From IMG/VR virus record IMGVR_UViG_3300027969_000045: 64,000 bases of DNA, one strand, 5' to 3'. Positions within the stretch are counted from its first letter, which is position 1. Each line of letters starts with the position of its first letter. The DNA comes from a virus. The position numbers and the translations under genes were made by a program. Of this stretch, positions 55,207 to 64,000 are shown piece by piece. The notes under the pieces were generated by a model. It was given only the letters and a program-made list of their open reading frames with translations. It searched no databases and was not told where the DNA came from.

Positions 55207-56015
55207 TGGCAGATCCTTATATTCAAACTCAAAAATTAGTAGTTGGTGCTTTTGATACTTCTGTAGCATCTCTTGGATCATTATTGGGACTAAAATCGGG
55301 AACATTTGTGAATTGCGGTGTATCATATTTTGGTGCATCATTTCCAACTGGAATTGATTTAGGAACAGTTACAATTGGACATCCAGTTGCAATTCCTGGA
55401 GTTGGAGCTATTCCAAATTCATTAAATGTTCTTGGTATTTCAAACTTTGCTGGGGATACAAATCAACTTGGATTATATACTTGCAATGGTGCATCAATAT
55501 TCAATGGATCAAATGTTTTAAATGGTGCAACTATTTCAAATGGTTCTTTGGTCATAAATGCTCCTACGATAATAAATGCATCATTAGTTGTAAATGGCGC
55601 AACTCACATTAATGGATTTTTGAGTTTTACTAATTCAATTGTAGGGACAACAAAATTATTTGACATTAAACATCCAAATAAAGAAGGATATAGATTAAGA
55701 CACGCTTGTATTGAAGGACCAGAAATTGGTGTGTATTATCGCGGAAGACTTGAAAGAGAAAACACAATCAAACTCCCAGATTATTGGAATGGATTAGTAC
55801 ATCCAGGAAGTATTACAGTTAATCTTACTCCACATAAAGTTTATCAAGAACTTTTTATAAAAAGTATGGATGTTTCTAAAATTACTATTATGAATAATTC
55901 TGGAGGACCAATTGATTGTAGTTATGTGGTTTATGCGGAAAGGATTGATACTGATAAATTGATAATAGAATATCAAAGTAATTCTATTCTATACCAATCT
56001 GCAGGAGAACAATAA
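55206..56015 (+). CDS. Spike/fibre protein with a C-terminal chaperone-like domain
   Basis: NG-spaced beta repeats; FDIKHP...LRHACIEGPE..VYYRG...LPDYW. Confidence 0.65.
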   Translation: MADPYIQTQKLVVGAFDTSVASLGSLLGLKSGTFVNCGVSYFGASFPTGIDLGTVTIGHPVAIPGVGAIPNSLNVLGISNFAGDTNQLGLYTCNGASIFNGSNVLNGATISNGSLVINAPTIINASLVVNGATHINGFLSFTNSIVGTTKLFDIKHPNKEGYRLRHACIEGPEIGVYYRGRLERENTIKLPDYWNGLVHPGSITVNLTPHKVYQELFIKSMDVSKITIMNNSGGPIDCSYVVYAERIDTDKLIIEYQSNSILYQSAGEQ

Positions 56016-57055
56016 TGACAAAACAAAATATTATAAATCAATATAATTCAAAATATATTTTATTAGACAACCAAATACCATCCCTAGATGGTTATATTGT
56101 TTCCACACAATCCGCAATTAATGAACTCAAATCACCAACTGCACAAGTAGATGAACAAATAGCACAACTAACTGTTGATTTGAATAATGAAATCTACAAT
56201 CTTTCTATTATTTCAAATGCTGCATTTGCTTGTGGGTGTGGAACAACAGCACTAGTTACTGTTCCTGTTGCTCCTCCTGGAACTGGAACAACAACAGTTA
56301 CAATTGTTGTTGGTAATACTTATTATTATGAAAATGCAAAGGCTCATCGTATCAATGCAGAAAATACTTCATATGGGGATATCTATCCATATGAACCTTT
56401 AGAAGGAACTGATGGTTCTACATCATTTAATAGTGGTTATGCAAATAATACAGTGATTGTTGGTTCTTCTTCAAATTCAATTTTAGAATTAATTATAAAC
56501 AATCCTGGTTCTGGTTTCATTTCTTCTACTTATTATAATCAATCATTAGTTGGTGGTACTGGAAATTCAGCAAAAGCAGATATTACTGTTTCTCCTGCTG
56601 GTACTGTATCAAATGTAATTGTAAATAATGGTGGCACGGGATATTCTGTTAATGATGTGCTTACTATTACAGCATTTCCTGGGGCTTCATTTACAGTTAC
56701 AGATATTGGTTCTCCAATTTTAGGAATTGGTATAGATACTTATATTGTAGCAAGTTCTGGAATTGGAAGTGTATTCATCCCAACTATAGTTTCTTCTAGT
56801 GTAAGTAGTTGTGCGACATCTTGTGCGACTTACAGTTCTCAAGCAAATACAGTTTTGTCTAATATTACAGCAATTAGAAATTATAGAGACACTTTGTTGT
56901 TTGGCACAAACTCAATGAAAATTGAAATGAAGCATTTATATACAGAAAGATATAGTTATGTTTTTGGAAAACAAAAAACAAATGAAAGAAAAACTGAAAT
57001 TAATAATATCATAAACACCTTAAATAATTCAACATACAATCAATACTTCTTATGA
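56015..57055 (+). CDS. Virion structural protein
   Basis: NPGSGF and NGGTGY repeats typical of cyanomyovirus structural proteins. Confidence 0.6.
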   Translation: MTKQNIINQYNSKYILLDNQIPSLDGYIVSTQSAINELKSPTAQVDEQIAQLTVDLNNEIYNLSIISNAAFACGCGTTALVTVPVAPPGTGTTTVTIVVGNTYYYENAKAHRINAENTSYGDIYPYEPLEGTDGSTSFNSGYANNTVIVGSSSNSILELIINNPGSGFISSTYYNQSLVGGTGNSAKADITVSPAGTVSNVIVNNGGTGYSVNDVLTITAFPGASFTVTDIGSPILGIGIDTYIVASSGIGSVFIPTIVSSSVSSCATSCATYSSQANTVLSNITAIRNYRDTLLFGTNSMKIEMKHLYTERYSYVFGKQKTNERKTEINNIINTLNNSTYNQYFL

Positions 57056-60000
57056 TTACCTTACTATTTGACAGTATAGCAGGAATAAGAACTAGTACTG
57101 AATTAACTGGTGTTAATCTGGATTTATATTTAAGAGAACATCCAAATCTAACTAAAGTTGGAATTGCAACCACTACAAATGCTAATTATTATGTACTTTT
57201 AAATGAAACAACAGAAGAATTTAGACCACCATATGTAAGTAATAATTTAATTTTTAATCCATATTTATCAAGACTTGGAATAGGAACAAATGATCCACAA
57301 GCAACTCTTGATGTAAATGGAAGTATAAAGTATAGTGGTCCATTTACAAATAGTGGAATTGCAACTTTTGCTGGACCAGTTTATTTTACAAGTGATGTGT
57401 CATTTGATCATTTTGATGTAAATGTAGCAACAGTACTTAAAAGATTTAATATTGGTGTTGGTGGAACAATTTTAATTGGAATTGCTTCAACTGATCCAAA
57501 TGTTGTTGGAAGTGCCTCCACCTATTATGGAAATGTTGGTATAGGTTCCACAATTCCACAACAAAAATTAGATGTTGGTGGAAGTGTAAAGATAAGTAAG
57601 GATATTTACGATTCTTTAAATAGTTCTGGTGTTTTTGGATCATTTTTAACCAAAGATACCCAAGGAATTAAATGGACTGTTTTTACTCCATCATTTTCTG
57701 AAGGAATTTTTATCTACAATGATGAAACATTAGTTGGGGTTCAATCATTTAGAGGTTTAAATTTTAAAACTGGTCGTAGTTCGGGAGTTGGAACAGATCC
57801 AATACAAGCATACGTGGGTGTAGCAAATCCCAATATTGCTGATGTATATGTTTCTAACTATTGGGATTATGTAAATGGAACAAATAACATTTACAGAATG
57901 TCCAATGTTGGTATTAATGTAAACAATCCATCAGTAGCATTAGATATTGCTGGAAGTGCTTCTATCACTCAAACTATGAGTGCTGCTTATGGTGAAATAT
58001 CACAAACTCTAAATGCTCACGGTGCAGTTACATTTTATTCTACATTAAACACAAAAGGAATTACGACACTTGAAGATAAATTAAACGTCACTGGCGATAC
58101 TACATTGTATTCAACACTTAAAGTTGGTGTTGGTGGTACAGTCATTACCACAACAGGTATTGGTTCTGTTGGTATTGGAACTACAAACCCATCAAGAGAT
58201 ATTGATTTAGCAAAAGATATTAGAATTCGTGAAGCAATATTTGATTCTAATAATAATGTTGGATACGTTACAAACTTTTATCAAAATCCAAGAGCAGTAT
58301 TAACTACTGTTGGTATTGGAAGTACTGGTCAAATCATAGGGGGAAGATTCTTTGATGCTGCAAATATGATTCGTTTGAATCTTGATTTTATTGCAAATGA
58401 AGCAATCGGATTTCTTACGAGTACTGATTATAAAAGTCCGGCATTTCAAGTTCCTGGTGTTGGTGGAGTTTCTACTTGCAGAAACGATATTAAACAAATT
58501 TTAAAGGCAATCACTCTTGATATTACTAAAGGTGGGAATTCGCAATCTGTAGGTGCTGGATTATCTTATTATAATGGACCATCACTCATTCATATTACCG
58601 GAAATGATGTAAATGGTTATTCAATTAAAGATGCTACGATTGTTGCAATTACAACAGCGGTTCAACTTTCCAAATATGTTATCAATAATGCTTTATTGCC
58701 AAAATCATATCAAAGTGGTATAAGTAGCATTCGTCAAATTCGTGATTTGACTCTCCAAGAAGATAATGGAAGTAATGTTAGTCCAACCGGATGTTCAAAT
58801 GTAGTTTCCGCAATTTATACTTGTGCTGGAATTGTAACTACTATTATTGGTGGAGGTCCAACTTCTGCGCCAAATGTTACTTACCCTGACGGTAAAGTAA
58901 TTTGGGCACCAGCAGGAGCAGATTCTAGAAATTCAATTTGGGTTACAAAATATGGAAATGACGATAATACTGGAAAAACAGAAGGAGATGCAAAACTAAC
59001 AATTGCTGCTGCAGCAGCAATTGCAAAATCAGGAGATACTGTGGTTGTTCGTCCTGGTGTTTATTATGAAAATAATCCAATTGGATTGAGAACTGATGTC
59101 GCTATTAGCGGTCAAGATTTAAGACTTGTTACGGTTGTTCCTCAAAATTTAGGAAAAGATTTCTTCCACGTAAGAAGAGGGTGTTTGGTTGAAAATATGA
59201 ATTTTTCTTGTGATACTGGACAATCCAATCCAGGTGGTGGAGCAGTTGCATTCCCACCAACCGATACATCCAAAATAGCAGTATCTGGTTATATTGCTCC
59301 TGGTCCAGCAACAGAAGGTCCATCAGGAAGATGGAGATCTCCTTATATAAGAAACTGCACAAACTTTATGCCAAAAAGTATTGGTATGAGAATTGATGGA
59401 AATAATGCAACTGCTTCTACGATTGGAGCAGATCTTAAATGTATGGTTTGCGATTCCTTTACTCAATATAATGAAGCAGGAATTGGTGTGTCAGTCACAA
59501 ATAATGGATATGCCCAATTAGTTTCTATTTTTACTATCAACTGTGATATTGCAATCTATGCCTCAAGTGGAGGACAATGCGATTTAACTAACTCAAACTC
59601 ATCATTTGGAAACTATGGATTGGTTGCTGATGGTCTTGGTGCTTTGGAATTCACGGCAAATGTTGGGGTGGAATTTACTGGTGGTGGAGATACGATTGTC
59701 TTTAATAATGTAAAAGATACTTCTTTAAATTATCGTATTCCATATGATGGACAGGCGCTTTGGTTCCAGGTTCCAGTAAATGGAACTTATATTACAAGTC
59801 CAATGCAACAATTGGATAGTGTAACTGTACTTAATGGTGGTAGTGGTTATAGCGCAGCATCTCCACCAAGCATAACTCTTGTTGATATTGGAAATAGCAA
59901 TAGCCTATTGCCATTAGGACCAGAAGGAATTATTGCAGAAGTATCCCCAACTATAAATGATTCTGGTGCAATTACAGCAATTGATATTGTAAATAGTGGA

Positions 60001-60480
60001 AGAAATTACCTATCAACACAAACTTTAAGAATTGCGATTAATGGAGTACCACAAAGCACAAGCAACTACGTTGCAAATATGTCTCCAATATATTATACAG
60101 TAAATACTGCAACATCAACGAATACTGGAATTGCAACAGTTACATTTAATGAGTTTGTTCCATTTAATATTGGAATTGGAACAACAGTTAGAATGTATAG
60201 AATTAGTCGTATTCTTACTAGTGGTCATTCATTTGAATATATTGGTACTGGAACGGATATAAATACAGCAACACCCCAAAAGGGTGGTGTTCCAATTGCA
60301 GAAAATCAAGTTGTTGCTCGTAATGGTGCCCAAATACCATATACCAGCACCAATCAAAAAGGAGATTTTGAAATCGGAAAAGGAATTATTATAGATCAAA
60401 CTACCAATACAATTCGTGGTAGAGATTTCAGTAGAGCGATACAAGCAGAAGTTACACCTTTAATTCTTGCGTTGAGATAA
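57052..60480 (+). CDS. Large tail-fibre/virion protein with a parallel beta-helix-like domain
   Basis: VGIGTTNP repeats; V.K.G.D.N.G...AK.TI..A..G.Y.E motif; SPYIRNCT, DSFTQYN and GHSFEYIG motifs. Confidence 0.75.
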   Translation: MITLLFDSIAGIRTSTELTGVNLDLYLREHPNLTKVGIATTTNANYYVLLNETTEEFRPPYVSNNLIFNPYLSRLGIGTNDPQATLDVNGSIKYSGPFTNSGIATFAGPVYFTSDVSFDHFDVNVATVLKRFNIGVGGTILIGIASTDPNVVGSASTYYGNVGIGSTIPQQKLDVGGSVKISKDIYDSLNSSGVFGSFLTKDTQGIKWTVFTPSFSEGIFIYNDETLVGVQSFRGLNFKTGRSSGVGTDPIQAYVGVANPNIADVYVSNYWDYVNGTNNIYRMSNVGINVNNPSVALDIAGSASITQTMSAAYGEISQTLNAHGAVTFYSTLNTKGITTLEDKLNVTGDTTLYSTLKVGVGGTVITTTGIGSVGIGTTNPSRDIDLAKDIRIREAIFDSNNNVGYVTNFYQNPRAVLTTVGIGSTGQIIGGRFFDAANMIRLNLDFIANEAIGFLTSTDYKSPAFQVPGVGGVSTCRNDIKQILKAITLDITKGGNSQSVGAGLSYYNGPSLIHITGNDVNGYSIKDATIVAITTAVQLSKYVINNALLPKSYQSGISSIRQIRDLTLQEDNGSNVSPTGCSNVVSAIYTCAGIVTTIIGGGPTSAPNVTYPDGKVIWAPAGADSRNSIWVTKYGNDDNTGKTEGDAKLTIAAAAAIAKSGDTVVVRPGVYYENNPIGLRTDVAISGQDLRLVTVVPQNLGKDFFHVRRGCLVENMNFSCDTGQSNPGGGAVAFPPTDTSKIAVSGYIAPGPATEGPSGRWRSPYIRNCTNFMPKSIGMRIDGNNATASTIGADLKCMVCDSFTQYNEAGIGVSVTNNGYAQLVSIFTINCDIAIYASSGGQCDLTNSNSSFGNYGLVADGLGALEFTANVGVEFTGGGDTIVFNNVKDTSLNYRIPYDGQALWFQVPVNGTYITSPMQQLDSVTVLNGGSGYSAASPPSITLVDIGNSNSLLPLGPEGIIAEVSPTINDSGAITAIDIVNSGRNYLSTQTLRIAINGVPQSTSNYVANMSPIYYTVNTATSTNTGIATVTFNEFVPFNIGIGTTVRMYRISRILTSGHSFEYIGTGTDINTATPQKGGVPIAENQVVARNGAQIPYTSTNQKGDFEIGKGIIIDQTTNTIRGRDFSRAIQAEVTPLILALR

Positions 60481-60483
60481 GAA

Positions 60484-61146
60484 ATGGCAGTTGCACCACT
60501 TAATAAGTTCCTTACATTTGCGGTTCCAGTTGCACCAGGAGAGCAAGTAGTATATACAACTCCAGTGGGAGTATCGGCAATTTTGCTTTATGCCCAGGCA
60601 TCAAATGTTGCTGGAATTACAACTTATCCAAGATTTACATTTACTCATCGCAGAACAACAATTAAAACAGGCAATGTAAGAAATAATAGAGTCATTAAAG
60701 GAGGGGCAATTCTACCAAATGATAGTTTAATAATAATTGATGGCAGATTAGTATTAGAAAGAACGGCTTTAATTTCAGATTCAATTGTCATTTCTGGCAC
60801 TCAATCGGGTATTGTTTCTGTTACTAACTGCAAATACGATAATACCACTGGTATTACGACAGTTACTACAATCAGTCCTCATAATTTTATTGTGGGTGAT
60901 GAAATTACAATGAGTGGTCTTGGATTTACTTGTAGTGGAACTAGTGGAGTCACGACAACAATCTATCCATCCCCACAAACATCTTTTGTCGTGACTGGAA
61001 TTACAGGAAGTGTTGGAACTTCTCTCACCTTTACTACAACTAGTGGTGTAATTGCAGGAATAGCACATACTTATGTGAGTGGAGGAAAAGTGGCACCACT
61101 TCAAATGGAATTTATTTGTAGTATTTTGGAAAATAGTACAGTATAA
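60484..61146 (+). CDS. Virion structural protein
   Basis: YDNTTG..TVTT..PH.F.VGD and HTYVSGG module. Confidence 0.65.
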   Translation: MAVAPLNKFLTFAVPVAPGEQVVYTTPVGVSAILLYAQASNVAGITTYPRFTFTHRRTTIKTGNVRNNRVIKGGAILPNDSLIIIDGRLVLERTALISDSIVISGTQSGIVSVTNCKYDNTTGITTVTTISPHNFIVGDEITMSGLGFTCSGTSGVTTTIYPSPQTSFVVTGITGSVGTSLTFTTTSGVIAGIAHTYVSGGKVAPLQMEFICSILENSTV

Positions 61147-61148
61147 TA

Positions 61149-64000
61149 ATGGCAAAGTATTTAAGCGGAAGAGTACAAAGAATTCCACAATCTGGATTAA
61201 CTTCTGATAGATATAATTATCTTTCATTGGATCAAGCAGAACCAAATCTTGGCGATCCTGTAATTCCAGGAGTAGCACTTCCTGCTGGCGATCAATACCA
61301 GATAGTATCAGTACTTAATCATCCAGGAGAAAGATATTGGATTCCTGTTGGTGGTGGTTTAATTCCAGGTGCTATTAGTGTTTATGACGAAGGGGTATTG
61401 GTTCCACCTGGAGGAGTAAGTAGTATTCGTCAGCTTAATTTTGTTGGTGCTGCTATTAGTGCTTCTGGGTATTTGGATTCTTATGGAAATCCAGGTGCAA
61501 TCTCAACAATTACTGTTTTTGCTCCAGGAAATAACAAAGAATTAATTTTCAATAGCAATAATGAGTTCTCATCTTCTGTTGATTTAAGCTATGATACTAA
61601 CACTGGAATCTTAACTGCGGGAAGACGATTAAATGTTGGTGTCGGTGGTACAGTTATTTCAACGACAGGGATTGGTTCTGTTGGTATTGGAACTACAAAT
61701 CCAACAGCAAAACTTCATATTGTTGGAGATTTAAGATTAACTGGAACTATTTACGATTATCTTAATAATCCAGGAACAGCTCAACAAATATTAGTAAAAA
61801 ATAATTTTGGTTCATTGATATGGACAAATCAAGGTTCAATTAAAGCAGGAGCGGGGGGAACTTACACTCAAGTTCAATATCACAATTCTGCTGGATTAGT
61901 TGATGGTGCTTCTGTATTTGTATATGATCCAATCAATAGTCGTGTTGGTATTGGAAGTACATTACCAACTTATCTTTTAGATATTACAGGTGATACTAGA
62001 ATTTCTGGAATTGCTACATTAAATAAACTTTATGTAACTGGAATTTCCACTTTTAGTTCTTCTGTAGATTCTACAAATGCGACATCTGGCGCATTAATTA
62101 TATCTGGTGGTGTTGGAGTTGCTAAAAACTTAAACGTAGGAACAGCAGTTTCTACAGTAAGTTTAACTGTAACTGGCCAAACAACAACTCAAAATTTAAA
62201 TGTTGTTGGTGTTTCTAGTTTATTTGATATTACTGGAACAAATGCTAATTTTACTGGCATTGTTACGGCATCTACATTCAAAGGACAGATTAATTCTGGT
62301 GTTGGCACAATTACCACATTCAATTCTACAAATGGAACAATAACTGCTTTAACTGGAACAGCAGTTACTTATACGACTGGAAATATTACTACTTTAAATG
62401 GTTCTAATGCTTACTATAATGTAGGTATTGTAACAACATTAACAAGTACAAATTCATCTCTTGCAAATATCATTTCATCTGGAATTAGTACTCTTGGAAT
62501 TACATCAACAACTCAATTAACTTCTAGAAGTTTAAATGTTTCTGGAATTACAACAACTCAAACATTAAATGTTTCTAGTACTTCTACCTTTGGTGGTAGT
62601 ATCACACCATCGACAAATACATCTTATAATATTGGAAGCATTAATTATAAGTGGAATAGTCTTTATGTTAGTACAATTGTTGCCGATCAAATTACAGGAA
62701 ATACAACTACTGCTACTAGTGTAATAGGTGGTATTGCAGACATAACATCATCAAATGTTTCTGGAATTTCTACTACTCAATCTTTGATAGTTTTGGGTAA
62801 TAGCACTTTAGGTATTGCTACTGCTACCAGCTTATCGTCTCAATCTTTAAGTGTTGCTGGTGTCGCAACTATACCAACACTTAATAGCACATCTGGAAAT
62901 ATCGCTACTTTAAGTGGTTCCAATCTTTACTATAATATAGGCATCATTACAGCACTTACTGGTACTGCTGCTACAATTACAACTGGAAATATTACTACTT
63001 TAAATGGTTCTAATGCTTACTATAATGTTGGTATTGTTACTACTTTAAGTGGTACTAATTTATCTTATAATTCTCTAACTGGTACTGCTGCTACAATTAC
63101 AACTGGAAATATCGCTACTTTAAGTGGAAGTAATGCTTATTATAATACTGGTATTGTTACTACTTTAAGTGGTACTAATTTATCTTATAATTCTCTAACT
63201 GGTACTGCTGCTACAATTACAACTGGCAACATCGCTACTTTAAATGGTTCTAATCTTTATTATAATGTTGGGGTTGTTACTACTTTAAGTGGTACTAATT
63301 TATCTTATAATTCTCTAACTGGTACTGCTGCTACAATTACTAATGGTAACATTACTACTTTAAGTGGAAGTAATGCTTACTACAATACTGGTATTGTTAC
63401 TACTTTAAGTGGTACTAACTTAACTTATACTAACGGAAATGTAAGTTATCTTGTTGGTACATCTTTAACATACACAAATGCAAACTTTACTAATTTGAGT
63501 GGTGGTACTATAACTTATAGTACTACATCTTCAAATACTTTATCAGCATTTAATGGTTATATTAATACTGGAATTGTCACTACACTTTCTGGTACTAATT
63601 TAACTTATACTAATGGCAATATTACTACATTAAATGGTTCTAATGCTTACTATAATGTTGGTATTGTAACTACTTTAAGTGGTAATTCTTTAACTTATCC
63701 TATTGGAAATATTACTAGTTTAATCTCCCAATCTATAAACGTTACTGGTGTTATTACTGCAACTACATTTAAAGGTGCTTTGAATGGAAATGCTGATACG
63801 GCTACAAAGTTAGCAACAGGTAGAACCATTGCCATTACAGGAGACTTGGCATACACAAGTCCATCATTTGATGGTACTACTAATGTAACTGCAACTGGAA
63901 CATTAGCGAATACTGGTGTTGTTGCGAATACTTATGGTTCTTCTACACAAATACCGGTATTTGCCGTTGATAGTAAAGGTAGGGTTACATCAGTCACCAA
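61149..64000 (+). CDS. Long tail-fibre protein, truncated by the window end (absent from the ORF track)
   Basis: Starts MAKYLSGRVQ..AEPNLGDP; spot-checked in frame at 62961 and at the end (YGSSTQIPVFAVDSKGRVT); VGIGTTNP repeats. Confidence 0.8.
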   Translation, partial: MAKYLSGRVQRIPQSGLTSDRYNYLSLDQAEPNLGDPVIPGVALPAGDQYQIVSVLNHPGERYWIPVGGGLIPGAISVYDEGVLVPPGGVSSIRQLNFVGAAISASGYLDSYGNPGAISTITVFAPGNNKELIFNSNNEFSSSVDLSYDTNTGILTAGRRLNVGVGGTVISTTGIGSVGIGTTNPTAKLHIVGDLRLTGTIYDYLNNPGTAQQILVKNNFGSLIWTNQGSIKAGAGGTYTQVQYHNSAGLVDGASVFVYDPINSRVGIGSTLPTYLLDITGDTRISGIATLNKLYVTGISTFSSSVDSTNATSGALIISGGVGVAKNLNVGTAVSTVSLTVTGQTTTQNLNVVGVSSLFDITGTNANFTGIVTASTFKGQINSGVGTITTFNSTNGTITALTGTAVTYTTGNITTLNGSNAYYNVGIVTTLTSTNSSLANIISSGISTLGITSTTQLTSRSLNVSGITTTQTLNVSSTSTFGGSITPSTNTSYNIGSINYKWNSLYVSTIVADQITGNTTTATSVIGGIADITSSNVSGISTTQSLIVLGNSTLGIATATSLSSQSLSVAGVATIPTLNSTSGNIATLSGSNLYYNIGIITALTGTAATITTGNITTLNGSNAYYNVGIVTTLSGTNLSYNSLTGTAATITTGNIATLSGSNAYYNTGIVTTLSGTNLSYNSLTGTAATITTGNIATLNGSNLYYNVGVVTTLSGTNLSYNSLTGTAATITNGNITTLSGSNAYYNTGIVTTLSGTNLTYTNGNVSYLVGTSLTYTNANFTNLSGGTITYSTTSSNTLSAFNGYINTGIVTTLSGTNLTYTNGNITTLNGSNAYYNVGIVTTLSGNSLTYPIGNITSLISQSINVTGVITATTFKGALNGNADTATKLATGRTIAITGDLAYTSPSFDGTTNVTATGTLANTGVVANTYGSSTQIPVFAVDSKGRVTSVT
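62961..63428 (+). repeat. In-frame 120-bp tandem repeat, about 3.9 copies (40 aa: GTAATITTGNITTLNGSNAYYNVGIVTTLSGTNLSYNSLT)
   Basis: GGTACTGCTGCTACAATTAC recurs at 62961, 63081, 63201 and 63321; degenerate partial copies near 62380, 62895 and 63570-63700. Confidence 0.92.

Noticed and set aside
62961-63428. CRISPR array or DGR template/variable repeat
   Set aside because: The repeats are contiguous, in frame and lack unique spacers; no reverse transcriptase is present and the differences are not adenine-specific
1-64000. Stop-codon reassignment
   Set aside because: Core genes translate to full length with the standard code and no suppressor tRNA is seen

Overview
A 64-kb segment of a large T4-like cyanophage (cyanomyovirus), probably freshwater. 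From left to right it holds: (1) a lysis/envelope and stress module with a lysozyme 3' end, an RlpA-like protein behind a structured leader RNA, an SLH outer-membrane protein, Dps, an orphan Phd/YefM-like protein, tRNA-Gly(GCC), tRNA-Ile(UAU), an HNH gene and an orphan tRNA 3' half; (2) a ~17-kb island of about 22 nucleotide-sugar and glycosyltransferase genes (5002-22049); (3) two hli genes, an unusually divergent psbA that keeps all Mn-cluster ligands, and a free-standing HNH endonuclease; (4) a coiled-coil virion protein and a GC-rich, apparently imported 1387-aa protein; (5) core T4-like genes speD, glutaredoxin, thyX, phoH, a Seg-like endonuclease, an exonuclease, gp33, gp59 and gp32; (6) the baseplate/tail module (gp53, gp48, gp2, gp4, gp54-like, gp26, gp51, two tape-measure-like hydrolases, hub, CP12, gp5, fibre proteins), ending in a truncated repeat-rich tail fibre. 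The best leads are the heavily substituted D1 beside a homing endonuclease, a candidate -1 frameshift (T TTT TTC) fusing gp26 to gp51 in the manner of tail-assembly chaperones G/GT, and a five-gene isomerase/kinase/phosphatase/nucleotidyltransferase/cupin block that may make an unknown NDP-sugar. All calls come from motif recognition by eye; no database searches were run.
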